This document shows, piece after piece, positions 40,818 to 49,263 of a DNA stretch of 64,000 bases (the stretch's first letter is position 1; the number at the start of each line of letters is the position of its first letter). The position numbers were made by a program, and so were the translations under genes. The stretch covers positions 160,001 through 224,000 of IMG/VR virus record IMGVR_UViG_3300021387_000661; one strand, written 5' to 3'. Under the pieces are notes generated by a model that saw only the letters and a list, made by a program, of their open reading frames with translations, made no database searches and was not told where the DNA came from. Origin of the DNA: a virus. Lineage: Duplodnaviria > Caudoviricetes.

Positions 40818-41225
40818 ATAAACAATCTTGATTGTGAAGGATTGACAGATTATTTAAAAAAACATTATAAACCATTAAATGCATATGCTGTTATAACTTC
40901 TGTTGCAGATATAATAAGTGTACCAATAATAAGAAATCATACAAACAGTTCTATAATGTTTGCATGTAAAACAAATAAGGTTAAAATGACAAATGATATA
41001 GTGGATCGGGTACATGGTTTATTAAGAGTAATGGAAAATAACTTTTCAATAGAAACATTTGAAGGTGAAGATGGAAATGGAGAATATAAAGTTTATACAA
41101 TTTTACCAAAAGATGGAAGTGAAGTGACAAACAAGTTTTTTATTGAAGTGATTGATTTCCTTTTATATCATATACCTGGTGATTTGTATAATAAATCTAT
41201 TGTAAAAATTGATGATAAATCATAA
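39852..41225 (+). CDS. leader-module polyprotein (3 units)
   Basis: MIPDFKTYIKE|SIWGDIRKRGNG, TNE|SIWNDIRRRGNG, LSE|SIWNDIRRRGNG; ATGA-coupled. Confidence 0.85.
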   Translation: MIPDFKTYIKESIWGDIRKRGNGTDVKKEDDVNHMNFDTFADYIKDNYSEKGDWFSIGESSDEKSRHIEIDIISGIDLSFNVVNGKIYNILIQNNANKYIDVPGLKKIFNVNILGSGTFGVVEKDWTRSNNTFVKLIEFFLEKKTNESIWNDIRRRGNGTDVKKEDDVDLLEPQAFVEYLRETYKNVNTDFHIFKDLNDKITVPIFETDLGTKVTWFLEYDCDKNEVFVWKQFLIKDDELFNKLKNNYKTEIIKKDFTEYVLIEPKIGKSSNKFFIEIIDYILENAYIFFKRILVKNNKLSESIWNDIRRRGNGTDVKEEDNINNLDCEGLTDYLKKHYKPLNAYAVITSVADIISVPIIRNHTNSSIMFACKTNKVKMTNDIVDRVHGLLRVMENNFSIETFEGEDGNGEYKVYTILPKDGSEVTNKFFIEVIDFLLYHIPGDLYNKSIVKIDDKS

Positions 41226-41250
41226 ATAACTATATAAAAGTTTTTGTAAT

Positions 41251-41562
41251 ATGGAGAATATTAAGAAAGTTTTGTCTGAAATTATTGAACAGGCAGGATA
41301 TGATACAAAAAAATGTCAATATTGTAAATCATATAAGAATGGTGGGTGTACATTTGGTTGTGTTAATGAAAGATTGAGAATCACATCACCTAATTATTCT
41401 TGTGATAATTTTGATGCAAACTATTCACTTAATGAAAAGACTCTTGACAATTTAAGAGACCTTTTGAAAGCAGTTGAAAGAGTTGATGAGGGTATAAAGA
41501 ACCTTACACTACTTCTTGATGGAAAGATTACTGAAGATGAATTTAATGATTTGATTGGTTAA
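41251..41562 (+). CDS. hypothetical Cys-motif protein
   Basis: CQYC...C...C..F; late motif at 41221-41228. Confidence 0.6.
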   Translation: MENIKKVLSEIIEQAGYDTKKCQYCKSYKNGGCTFGCVNERLRITSPNYSCDNFDANYSLNEKTLDNLRDLLKAVERVDEGIKNLTLLLDGKITEDEFNDLIG

Positions 41563-41564
41563 TT

Positions 41565-42026
41565 ATGAATGAAGTTTTGAAATTTGATGATTTTCTCAAT
41601 GAAGAACTCAACATCACCAGATATGACAATGGCGTGTGCAGGTTGAGTGAGAGATGGTTCTATTATAATCTTGATGATGACATTATATATGGTTCAAATG
41701 AGAAACCAGTTTTGGATGACAATATTCTTTTTGCATTCAACCCAGTTTCTTGTACAATCTTATTGGATGGTAAAGAACAGCAATATGATGTTAATAATCC
41801 TATTTGTCTCATTCAATATATTATGGAAGATGGGAAGGTTACTGTTTATACTGATGATGTATTGGAATTTCTTAAAGGTCTTGGTTTCACAGGAACTGAA
41901 ATCACTTCACAAACATCAAGATTTAAGTTACAAGATATTTTTGAAAGTGATGATGATTACAGATATATACTTGTTTATGGAGACCAGATGATTGCATCTA
42001 CATTTGATGTCATTGAAGAAAACTAA
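41565..42026 (+). CDS. putative internal head protein with capsid-targeting-like leader
   Basis: MNEVLKFDDFLNE|E; downstream of the polyprotein cluster. Confidence 0.5.
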   Translation: MNEVLKFDDFLNEELNITRYDNGVCRLSERWFYYNLDDDIIYGSNEKPVLDDNILFAFNPVSCTILLDGKEQQYDVNNPICLIQYIMEDGKVTVYTDDVLEFLKGLGFTGTEITSQTSRFKLQDIFESDDDYRYILVYGDQMIASTFDVIEEN

Positions 42027-42043
42027 CACATACACATAAAAGA

Positions 42044-42074
42044 AAAAAGGACTGGAACAAACCAGTCCTTTTTT
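42044..42074. terminator. bidirectional intrinsic terminator
   Basis: AAAAAGGACTGG / CCAGTCCTTTTT. Confidence 0.8.
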
Positions 42075-42158
42075 GTTACCTGGGTGTCGATAAATTGGTG
42101 ACCACCTACTATGGTAACATATATTGTATGTGTTTTGTTATATTTATGTTAAGAAATT

Positions 42159-42190
42159 TTTGTAATTTTTAGATATTTTCATTATATTTG
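42159..42190 (+). promoter_or_regulatory. Bacteroidota sigmaA-type promoter TTTG-N20-TATATTTG
   Basis: Consensus match upstream of the 42214 operon. Confidence 0.7.
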
Positions 42191-42213
42191 TAATAGAGAA
42201 ATAATATATAATT

Positions 42214-42624
42214 ATGAGTAAATCAAAAAGACCACAATTCTTTGCTATGTACAAGGATTTCAATGATGGTAAGATAAAACCATATGATGTCCTTGGGGTT
42301 ATTTTTAATAATATCCTTACATCAAAGGGAGGAATCAAAAAAGATTTCCACACATATGATAAAAATTGGAACAGAATTCCAGTAAGAACAAAGGAACATC
42401 TTCAAAAGTTTATTGAAGATACTTTCAGATATTGTTATTGGGGCAAGTGTGAGTGGGAATTCATTACCATTGACTGGCCATACAGAGATACCATCAATGA
42501 GTCAAGACCTGTGAAAATAGATGTATTTGACCAGCTTGAACCAAACATCCCTGTCATCACTGACCTGGTGTGGAACTATATTGAACCTAAAATCATTAAA
42601 CTCATCAAGAAAGAGAATGAATAA
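42214..42624 (+). CDS. hypothetical phage protein
   Basis: First ORF after promoter; YWGKCEWE motif. Confidence 0.65.
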   Translation: MSKSKRPQFFAMYKDFNDGKIKPYDVLGVIFNNILTSKGGIKKDFHTYDKNWNRIPVRTKEHLQKFIEDTFRYCYWGKCEWEFITIDWPYRDTINESRPVKIDVFDQLEPNIPVITDLVWNYIEPKIIKLIKKENE

Positions 42625-43105
42625 ACTTTTCATTGATGACCTTGTAGAGAGGCTTGAACTTGAGTTGGATACTGTGACTGTCAATACACAGGATGAAGTG
42701 AGAAAGGCACTTGTTGAGACAAAGGAATGTGACAGGTTTCCAATGATTTCTTATGAACATACAGGAGATTCCATTTTTGAGGTGGAAATTTCTGAAAGTA
42801 AATTCTTGAATGATCTCTCCCATAATGGTACCTGGATTATGGGTACAAATGAAGATGAACTTATCTTTATACTTAATCTGAAAAGTAAAGGAAGTGCACT
42901 TGAGATTGATGCTTTTGAAATCCGGGATGAGTTGAGAGGACAAGGGTTGGGAACTAACATTGTATCTCTGATTGAATTTGTTGTAGAACAATATTATAAT
43001 TCCATTATTGTCAGTCCATTTGATACGGATGCAATGAACTTCTGGGAGCATATGGGATATGTTGAAGATATGAGTGGAAATTGGATAAAATCATTATTAG
43101 ATTAA
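42617..43105 (+). CDS. GNAT-family acetyltransferase
   Basis: EIRDELRGQGLGT (motif A) and AMNFWEHMGY; start reassigned to ATG at 42617. Confidence 0.75.
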   Translation: MNKLFIDDLVERLELELDTVTVNTQDEVRKALVETKECDRFPMISYEHTGDSIFEVEISESKFLNDLSHNGTWIMGTNEDELIFILNLKSKGSALEIDAFEIRDELRGQGLGTNIVSLIEFVVEQYYNSIIVSPFDTDAMNFWEHMGYVEDMSGNWIKSLLD

Positions 43106-43106
43106 T

Positions 43107-43325
43107 ATGTACATTTTAGTAAATAGATACAAAATGATTCTTGGTCTTTTTACAGATAAGGATTGGTTAAACAAAGCAATTGAGACTGTCCGGAAAAATG
43201 AACCAGAATGTATCCTTTATTATAAAGAAGTTGAGGTTAACTCATTCAATACAGTCTTGCCAAACTTCTGGACAATACATCCTGAAAGATTAATTCAAAT
43301 TGATAGAAAAAAAGATTATGTGTGA
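43107..43325 (+). CDS. hypothetical protein
   Basis: Packed co-oriented ORF. Confidence 0.55.
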   Translation: MYILVNRYKMILGLFTDKDWLNKAIETVRKNEPECILYYKEVEVNSFNTVLPNFWTIHPERLIQIDRKKDYV

Positions 43326-43693
43326 TGATTTACACGGGTTATTATTCAAAGATAAAGGAGTATACTAATGCAGGACTGAAACTCTTGAGTATATCCAGGA
43401 CCAAACCTGGATTTGTCAAGAACTGTATTGATGTACCTCCTTTGTTTCCTGATGAAAAAATTCTTTGGGGTTACAAGAAGGGAGACATTGATGAGATGGA
43501 ATATACCAGTAAATATCTTGAACAACTTGAGAATATTGGTATCGACAAGATATTGAAGACCATAGAAATATTTGGTGATGATGTGGTTCTACTATGCTGG
43601 GAATCACCTGAAAAGTTTTGTCATAGACATATATTGGCAGATTATATTAATAAACATAGTAAATTAAAAATAAAAGAATATGACAAATTTTGA
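43322..43693 (+). CDS. DUF488-like protein
   Basis: IYTGYY..SISR, VVLLCWE..EKFCHRHILA. Confidence 0.7.
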   Translation: MMIYTGYYSKIKEYTNAGLKLLSISRTKPGFVKNCIDVPPLFPDEKILWGYKKGDIDEMEYTSKYLEQLENIGIDKILKTIEIFGDDVVLLCWESPEKFCHRHILADYINKHSKLKIKEYDKF

Positions 43694-43925
43694 AGTTGAT
43701 TTTAACTTTTTCAAACTTGGATTTTGGTCAACAGTTATACTTGGTATCGCGCAACTTGCCGGGTGGATTAATATCAGTGTGTGGTTGATATTTTTACCTT
43801 TGATAGTCACTGTTGGTTGGTATTTTATCATTATCTTCCTCATTGGACTTATAACTCTTTATTTTGTTGATAAAGAACTGAATAAGAATGATAAAGACAG
43901 TGAAAAAGAAGAAACTATTGAATAG
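43680..43925 (+). CDS. small membrane protein
   Basis: Two hydrophobic segments; GWINISVWLIFLPL. Confidence 0.6.
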   Translation: MTNFEVDFNFFKLGFWSTVILGIAQLAGWINISVWLIFLPLIVTVGWYFIIIFLIGLITLYFVDKELNKNDKDSEKEETIE

Positions 43926-43963
43926 TACCCATAAATATCTTTATACAATTAAATATAATTGAT

Positions 43964-44293
43964 ATGATTATTCGTGAATTGATAAATAAATTAGAATCTG
44001 AGAAAAATCAACTTCTTGCAGAAAACAAAGTTTTGAAGGAAGAGAATGCTGAATTGAAAAGAATCAACAAGAAACTTGTTGATGATCTAAATTCTCACAT
44101 AAAAGCAGATTCTGGCATAGTTGAAGATAAACCAAATATTGATGGTGTATTGTCAAACATAGTTGCTTCTGCAATTGAACCCGATGATGTACAGAAAAGA
44201 GGTATTCCTGTTGATGATGAGACTGAAGAACCAAAACCAAAAAAGAGCAGAAGGAAGAAGACTGATGTTGATGAAGTTATTAATTTAATATAA
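43964..44293 (+). CDS. coiled-coil hypothetical protein
   Basis: Heptad-rich N-terminus; late motif at 43930-43937. Confidence 0.6.
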   Translation: MIIRELINKLESEKNQLLAENKVLKEENAELKRINKKLVDDLNSHIKADSGIVEDKPNIDGVLSNIVASAIEPDDVQKRGIPVDDETEEPKPKKSRRKKTDVDEVINLI

Positions 44294-44299
44294 TAATAT

Positions 44300-45178
44300 A
44301 TGGGAAATATTTTAAATCTTGCTCTCAAAAAGGAAGTGTTTGAGAGCTTACAGAATGGAAGAACCAATGAAATCATCATAGATGGTAGCAGATGGTGGAA
44401 AAAAAGACTGATGGATCTTGACACTGGAAAGTTCAAGGATTTTTCAATTGCTTGTGTATCAAGTGGTAGTTCTGATAAAGTAGAATATGAAATTGAGAAT
44501 ATTGAGCAACGGGGAAGAGATTTTGTGGTTACAGTAAATGTAAAGCATGATGAAGATGAACAACCTTGTATTGACAATGATGATTCTGATTATGATGGTT
44601 CAGAGTTGGAAATTACTTATCAAGAGGATACTGTTCCCCCAGTTGATAATGATCAGCAATTAGAACCAGTTAATGTAAATCCTGTTACAATTGAGACTGG
44701 TGAAGATGGGGAGGTTATAGTTAAACAGACTTATGTAAAACCTATGACTTCTGTTACACAGAGTGTCGAGACACTTCCAGATCAACCTGAAGATAATTCT
44801 TCAGATGATATTAAAAGTATCAAGGATACTATCAGGAATCTTATTGATGGGTTCTGTGAGTTGAAGGATGTGTATGTGGTGAATATGGATAGTGTCACAA
44901 TCAGGAACAATGGTCAGGTCTTTGGTTGTAAAAAGAGACTCATCGCAGATCGTGATTCTGATGTGAAGTTTAATTTTGTCAAAAAAGAGTTTATCAAATA
45001 TCCTAATACTCTTAATTCCGCCTTTACTTTACAAGTATTGTATTATTTGAATAATATGTTGAAAAACAACTATGTGTTTATCAATAAAAATGCCTGTAAA
45101 TTCAGGGAAGAAGATTCTGGAAACATTATTTTGACAATAGTTGCAGTTGGAAAACGAAAATATTTCTTTGCAAAGTAA
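44300..45178 (+). CDS. ASCH-like N-terminal domain protein with acidic linker
   Basis: LNLALKKEVFESLQNG....WWKKRL parallels the 11036 ASCH protein. Confidence 0.55.
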   Translation: MGNILNLALKKEVFESLQNGRTNEIIIDGSRWWKKRLMDLDTGKFKDFSIACVSSGSSDKVEYEIENIEQRGRDFVVTVNVKHDEDEQPCIDNDDSDYDGSELEITYQEDTVPPVDNDQQLEPVNVNPVTIETGEDGEVIVKQTYVKPMTSVTQSVETLPDQPEDNSSDDIKSIKDTIRNLIDGFCELKDVYVVNMDSVTIRNNGQVFGCKKRLIADRDSDVKFNFVKKEFIKYPNTLNSAFTLQVLYYLNNMLKNNYVFINKNACKFREEDSGNIILTIVAVGKRKYFFAK

Positions 45179-45206
45179 AGAGAGTGATTAAGTCACTCTC
45201 TTTTTT
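45178..45206 (+). terminator. intrinsic terminator
   Basis: AAGAGAGTGA / TCACTCTCTT plus T tract. Confidence 0.75.
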
Positions 45207-45243
45207 GTTATATTTAGTATGGTAAATTCTTAAAATTAGATAT

Positions 45244-45903
45244 ATGACAGATTTTGAAAAATTCGCAAGAGAAAAGAAAGTGTCTTCTATGACACTTGGA
45301 GGTTACACATCAAAGTTCAATGCCGGATATATCAATCCGACTATTCTTGAAGAAAGAAAAATGAATGTTACACAAATGGATGTGTTTTCAAGATTGATGC
45401 AGGATAGGATTATCTTCCTTGGTACAGAGATTGATTCAGATGTGGCAAATATCATCAATGCACAGCTTCTTTGGTTGAACAGTATGGGTGATGAGGAAAT
45501 CACTATGATGATTAACTCTCCAGGTGGTGTATGTTATGATGGTCTTGCTATTGTAGATACTATGAACTATCTTTCTTCACCTGTCACCACCCAATGTGTT
45601 GGTATGGCTGCATCTATGGGTGCAGTCATCCTCTCTGCCGGTGAGAAAGGACACCGTTTTGCACTCCCACATTCAAGGGTTATGATTCATCAACCACTTG
45701 GAGGTGCAAGAGGTCAGGCTACAGATATCCTCATTGAAGCAGAACAGATTAAAATTTTGAAGGATGAACTGTGTGGTATTATTGCAGTTAATTCAGGTCA
45801 ACCTCTTGAGAAGGTTCTTGAGGACTGTGAGAGGGATCACTGGATGATTGCCCAGGAAGCAAAGGAGTATGGTATTATTGATGATATAATTACAAAGAAG
45901 TAG
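45244..45903 (+). CDS. clpP: ATP-dependent Clp protease proteolytic subunit
   Basis: DVFSRLMQDRIIFLG, INSPGG, catalytic AASMG / MIHQP / ERD, YGIID. Confidence 0.95.
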   Translation: MTDFEKFAREKKVSSMTLGGYTSKFNAGYINPTILEERKMNVTQMDVFSRLMQDRIIFLGTEIDSDVANIINAQLLWLNSMGDEEITMMINSPGGVCYDGLAIVDTMNYLSSPVTTQCVGMAASMGAVILSAGEKGHRFALPHSRVMIHQPLGGARGQATDILIEAEQIKILKDELCGIIAVNSGQPLEKVLEDCERDHWMIAQEAKEYGIIDDIITKK

Positions 45904-45906
45904 AAT

Positions 45907-46188
45907 ATGAAACAAGTTTACAAAAAGAAACCAGAATATCTGGATGTTGTTTTTGTTGCAGATGACACACAGAGTATAAAGGATGTGTTTGAAGTTGCTG
46001 GTGTAACGTCTGCACCTGTTACATTTGATGAAAATGGTGAGAGGATTATAACTCTTGATGGTGATCAGAAAGTAGCAATTAACAATGTCATTTTTAAGGA
46101 TAAAAAGAGTGGTAAACTTGTGGTTATGCCACAAGAAAAACTTTTACAATTCTATGATTTATATGATGATGAAAAAATGGAGGAATAA
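45907..46188 (+). CDS. hypothetical protein
   Basis: Packed co-oriented ORF. Confidence 0.6.
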   Translation: MKQVYKKKPEYLDVVFVADDTQSIKDVFEVAGVTSAPVTFDENGERIITLDGDQKVAINNVIFKDKKSGKLVVMPQEKLLQFYDLYDDEKMEE

Positions 46189-46190
46189 TT

Positions 46191-46448
46191 ATGGGAAAGA
46201 ATGATTATAAAGTAAATAGAGATCAGTATACTGTATCAACCACACAAGATACCATTGAAGAAAAGAAGTGGTCTGTTGAAGATATATATTCATCAGAGTT
46301 CACTGTTGATTCTCTTGTCAAGACTCTTGAGGTGATAGATATATTCAAGAGAAAGTATCCTAATGATGAAACCATTCAGGATTTTGAAGAGATTGTCAGG
46401 GATGAGATTTGCCAGTTGTTTGGTGGAACTGTATTAGATGCTAGTTAA
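46191..46448 (+). CDS. hypothetical protein
   Basis: Packed co-oriented ORF. Confidence 0.6.
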   Translation: MGKNDYKVNRDQYTVSTTQDTIEEKKWSVEDIYSSEFTVDSLVKTLEVIDIFKRKYPNDETIQDFEEIVRDEICQLFGGTVLDAS

Positions 46449-47004
46449 TATGAAAGTGAATGTGGTCACTGCACCTGAACACAGGTATTTCCCAAGGAAT
46501 TCATTGAAGGTCTTCCTTGCTGGTGGTATATGTAAGTGCATTCAATGGCAGAAAATGGTCATTGATGAGTTTACAAAAGATGATAATGAAATCAGTATTG
46601 ATAATTCCACATATGATGGACTTTATCTTCTCAATCCCAGAAGAACTGACTGGATTGAAGAACCTGGTGCTGCTGAAAGACAGATTGAGTGGGAGTTTGA
46701 TATGATTGAAAGGTGTGACGTATTCACAATGTATTTTGCTGGAGGTGAGTCTGATCAGCCAATCTGTATGTATGAATTGGGTAGGAATCTCTTGAGGATG
46801 CAGTATGAATATCCTACAACTTGGAAAGAAAGAATTGTCATTACTTGTGATAATAGTTATAAGAGGTTAAATGATGTACTTGTACAGACCAGACTTGCAA
46901 CAGATGGTCAGATAAAAGTTAATGTTGTAGAGGGTGCTGAACAATCAGTACAGGTACATGCAGAAGAAATTAAAAAATCATTAAGGTATATTTATAATGA
47001 GTAA
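46438..47004 (+). CDS. nucleoside 2-deoxyribosyltransferase-like protein
   Basis: KVFLAGGI..WQ, LLNPRR, QIEWEF, PICMYELG (start may be 46450). Confidence 0.75.
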   Translation: MLVNMKVNVVTAPEHRYFPRNSLKVFLAGGICKCIQWQKMVIDEFTKDDNEISIDNSTYDGLYLLNPRRTDWIEEPGAAERQIEWEFDMIERCDVFTMYFAGGESDQPICMYELGRNLLRMQYEYPTTWKERIVITCDNSYKRLNDVLVQTRLATDGQIKVNVVEGAEQSVQVHAEEIKKSLRYIYNE

Positions 47005-48124
47005 AGGAGTTATTTCAAGGGGTATATCTGCCCCAATGATCAAAGAAGGTGATGATTTGGTGAATATTGTTGTCAAGTCTGTCATTGATGAGGTGAAAGA
47101 TGTGAAGAGCATCAATGTTCCTTATTACATTGATGGAGTAAGGACATATAAGACTTTAGAAAATGTAACTTATGATATCAATAACAAAGATATCATTGGT
47201 ATCACAGAATCTGTCATTGCAAGGTCAATGGGACAGTATATCTCTGTTGATGATATTGCAGAATGGGTTATTAAGAAGTTTGGTCCTGCTGCTGAACTCA
47301 TTGTTGATTCTCCTATTTATTCCAGGAATAGGTTTTCAATGATTCTTAAGGGTATTGCCAGGGCGGCAAAAAAGATTTATTTCATTATGCCGCCATTTGA
47401 TGAGGTTGGTAATCCTTCTGGTGTAAATCCATTCACAGGTGTTGATATACAGAAATATTATGCAGAGATTTGTGCAGGTGAAAAATGTGAGTCTGAATTT
47501 GGTGAATCATTATATGATGTAACAAAGGACATCAGTGATTATGACATTGATAATTATGGTTGGATTTATTGTGGTCTCCATGATTACAATGAATGGAAGG
47601 AAAAACATAGAGGTAAAATTGCAACCCTTGCAGATGTATGTAAAGAATTCAGTCCAGACTGGGGAGTTCTTGGTACCAATAAATCTACAGAAGAGAGATT
47701 GAAACTCTTCCCTTCAAAGATTGTTGCACAGAAGGTATGTGATGAGGTGAAAGCACAAATTAAGAAGATTACAGGAAAGGATGTGATTGTATGTACATAT
47801 GGTGATGGTTGTTTCAAAGACCCTGTTGGTGGTATTTGGGAATTTGCAGATCCTGTTTCTATGCCGGCATATACAGACAAGGAACTCATAGAATCTACAC
47901 CAAATGAAATTAAACTTAAGGCATTTATTGATGGTGGTATGAGTGAAGAAAGTATTCAAAAACTTATTGACCAAAAAAATAAAGACCTTGTTGGTTCTAT
48001 GTCTTCTCAGGGTACAACTCCAAGATTATATAGAGATTTACTTGCTTCTTTGATGGACTTGACCTCTGGATCTGGTGACAGGGCAACACCTATTGTATTG
48101 ATACAGAATTATTTTAGAAATTAA
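46997..48124 (+). CDS. F420-0:gamma-glutamyl ligase (CofE)-family protein
   Basis: APMIKEGDDL, GITESVIAR, GDGCFKDPVGGIWEFADP, GTTPR..DLLASLMDLTSGSGD..TPIVLIQNYF. Confidence 0.75.
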   Translation: MSKGVISRGISAPMIKEGDDLVNIVVKSVIDEVKDVKSINVPYYIDGVRTYKTLENVTYDINNKDIIGITESVIARSMGQYISVDDIAEWVIKKFGPAAELIVDSPIYSRNRFSMILKGIARAAKKIYFIMPPFDEVGNPSGVNPFTGVDIQKYYAEICAGEKCESEFGESLYDVTKDISDYDIDNYGWIYCGLHDYNEWKEKHRGKIATLADVCKEFSPDWGVLGTNKSTEERLKLFPSKIVAQKVCDEVKAQIKKITGKDVIVCTYGDGCFKDPVGGIWEFADPVSMPAYTDKELIESTPNEIKLKAFIDGGMSEESIQKLIDQKNKDLVGSMSSQGTTPRLYRDLLASLMDLTSGSGDRATPIVLIQNYFRN

Positions 48125-48125
48125 T

Positions 48126-48536
48126 ATGGAAGACAAACTCAATTTGAAAGAAGGTGGAATCTGGATTATGGATTCTATCGAGAATGACCTGAAAAGGATT
48201 TATGACCATTACAGGGCAGTGGTCAATGAGAATGAGTATCTCAGGAAAGAGAATGAGAGACTCAAGTCTGAAACATACAAGGATGAAGAACTCTCCAATA
48301 TGAAGGAGAAGTATGATCAGATGAGTAAGGATTATTATAGAGGATTTCCTATATCTGAAAAAGAAAACAAAAAAATCAATGAGTGGATTGAAAAACAGAT
48401 GAAGAAAGTTCCAGGTATTGGTGGCACATCTGGTGGAAGATTTACATATCAGTTCACACCTACTGGGTTGGGTACAGCAGGAATAATCATAGATGGATTT
48501 ACAGGTGATAAATTCACATTTCAAGAACTTGGATAA
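48126..48536 (+). CDS. hypothetical phage protein (coiled coil + GG.FTY.F.PTG.G motif)
   Basis: Packed ORF. Confidence 0.6.
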   Translation: MEDKLNLKEGGIWIMDSIENDLKRIYDHYRAVVNENEYLRKENERLKSETYKDEELSNMKEKYDQMSKDYYRGFPISEKENKKINEWIEKQMKKVPGIGGTSGGRFTYQFTPTGLGTAGIIIDGFTGDKFTFQELG

Positions 48537-48538
48537 TT

Positions 48539-49249
48539 ATGAAAAAGAAATCAACAGAAAGAGAACACTGTTCATTGTTTGAAGAGATGTTGATGTGGAC
48601 TTCCTATAGGTATTGTATAGGAAGACACACCTATGTTACTTCATTGGCGGGTGAGATTGCACAGCATTATTACAACAGATTGTCTGATGAAAGGATGGAA
48701 TTTACGGCGGCAGATATTCGCAGGGAGATTATGGACAAACTACAATTGCTTCCATTTGAGTTCAGGATTCAGAGATGGTATGAAGTAGATGCATATAATC
48801 CAATTGATGTACTAATGTCCTTCCTTGAAAAGTATGACATCAATACATATGATGAGTTCATCAAAATTAACAAGTTGGAATATGATGTAAACCATGATGT
48901 TTTCACCTTTGAGAAGAAAGAACCAACTTTCAAATCTTATTTTAATTCATCAGACATTGATGATCTCATTCCTTGGGAAACACTTGCTGCTTGTTTTGAC
49001 AAGAAGAACCATAAAATTATCACCACTGAATATGATGGAAAGATTAATACTTATGAATGTTTCAAGACCTGGGTGAGAAAATCTGTTCCTTGTGAAGACA
49101 AACCTGGTTATTATAGACAGGCAGAGTTTGGGTGGGAGCCAAGATGGATTGTTGTTGATGAGTACCTAAAAACAGGAAATATCTATAAAACCCTCAATGA
49201 AAAATTTATAACAAAAATTGAAGATATAAAAGAAAAAGAGGAGATTTAA
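48539..49249 (+). CDS. hypothetical protein
   Basis: Packed ORF ending at terminator 49233-49262. Confidence 0.6.
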   Translation: MKKKSTEREHCSLFEEMLMWTSYRYCIGRHTYVTSLAGEIAQHYYNRLSDERMEFTAADIRREIMDKLQLLPFEFRIQRWYEVDAYNPIDVLMSFLEKYDINTYDEFIKINKLEYDVNHDVFTFEKKEPTFKSYFNSSDIDDLIPWETLAACFDKKNHKIITTEYDGKINTYECFKTWVRKSVPCEDKPGYYRQAEFGWEPRWIVVDEYLKTGNIYKTLNEKFITKIEDIKEKEEI

Positions 49250-49263
49250 TCTCCTCTTTTTTG

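Noticed and set aside
26561-41225. Diversity-generating retroelement behind the variable cargos
   Set aside because: No reverse transcriptase in the window and no template/variable repeat pair differing only at adenines was seen.
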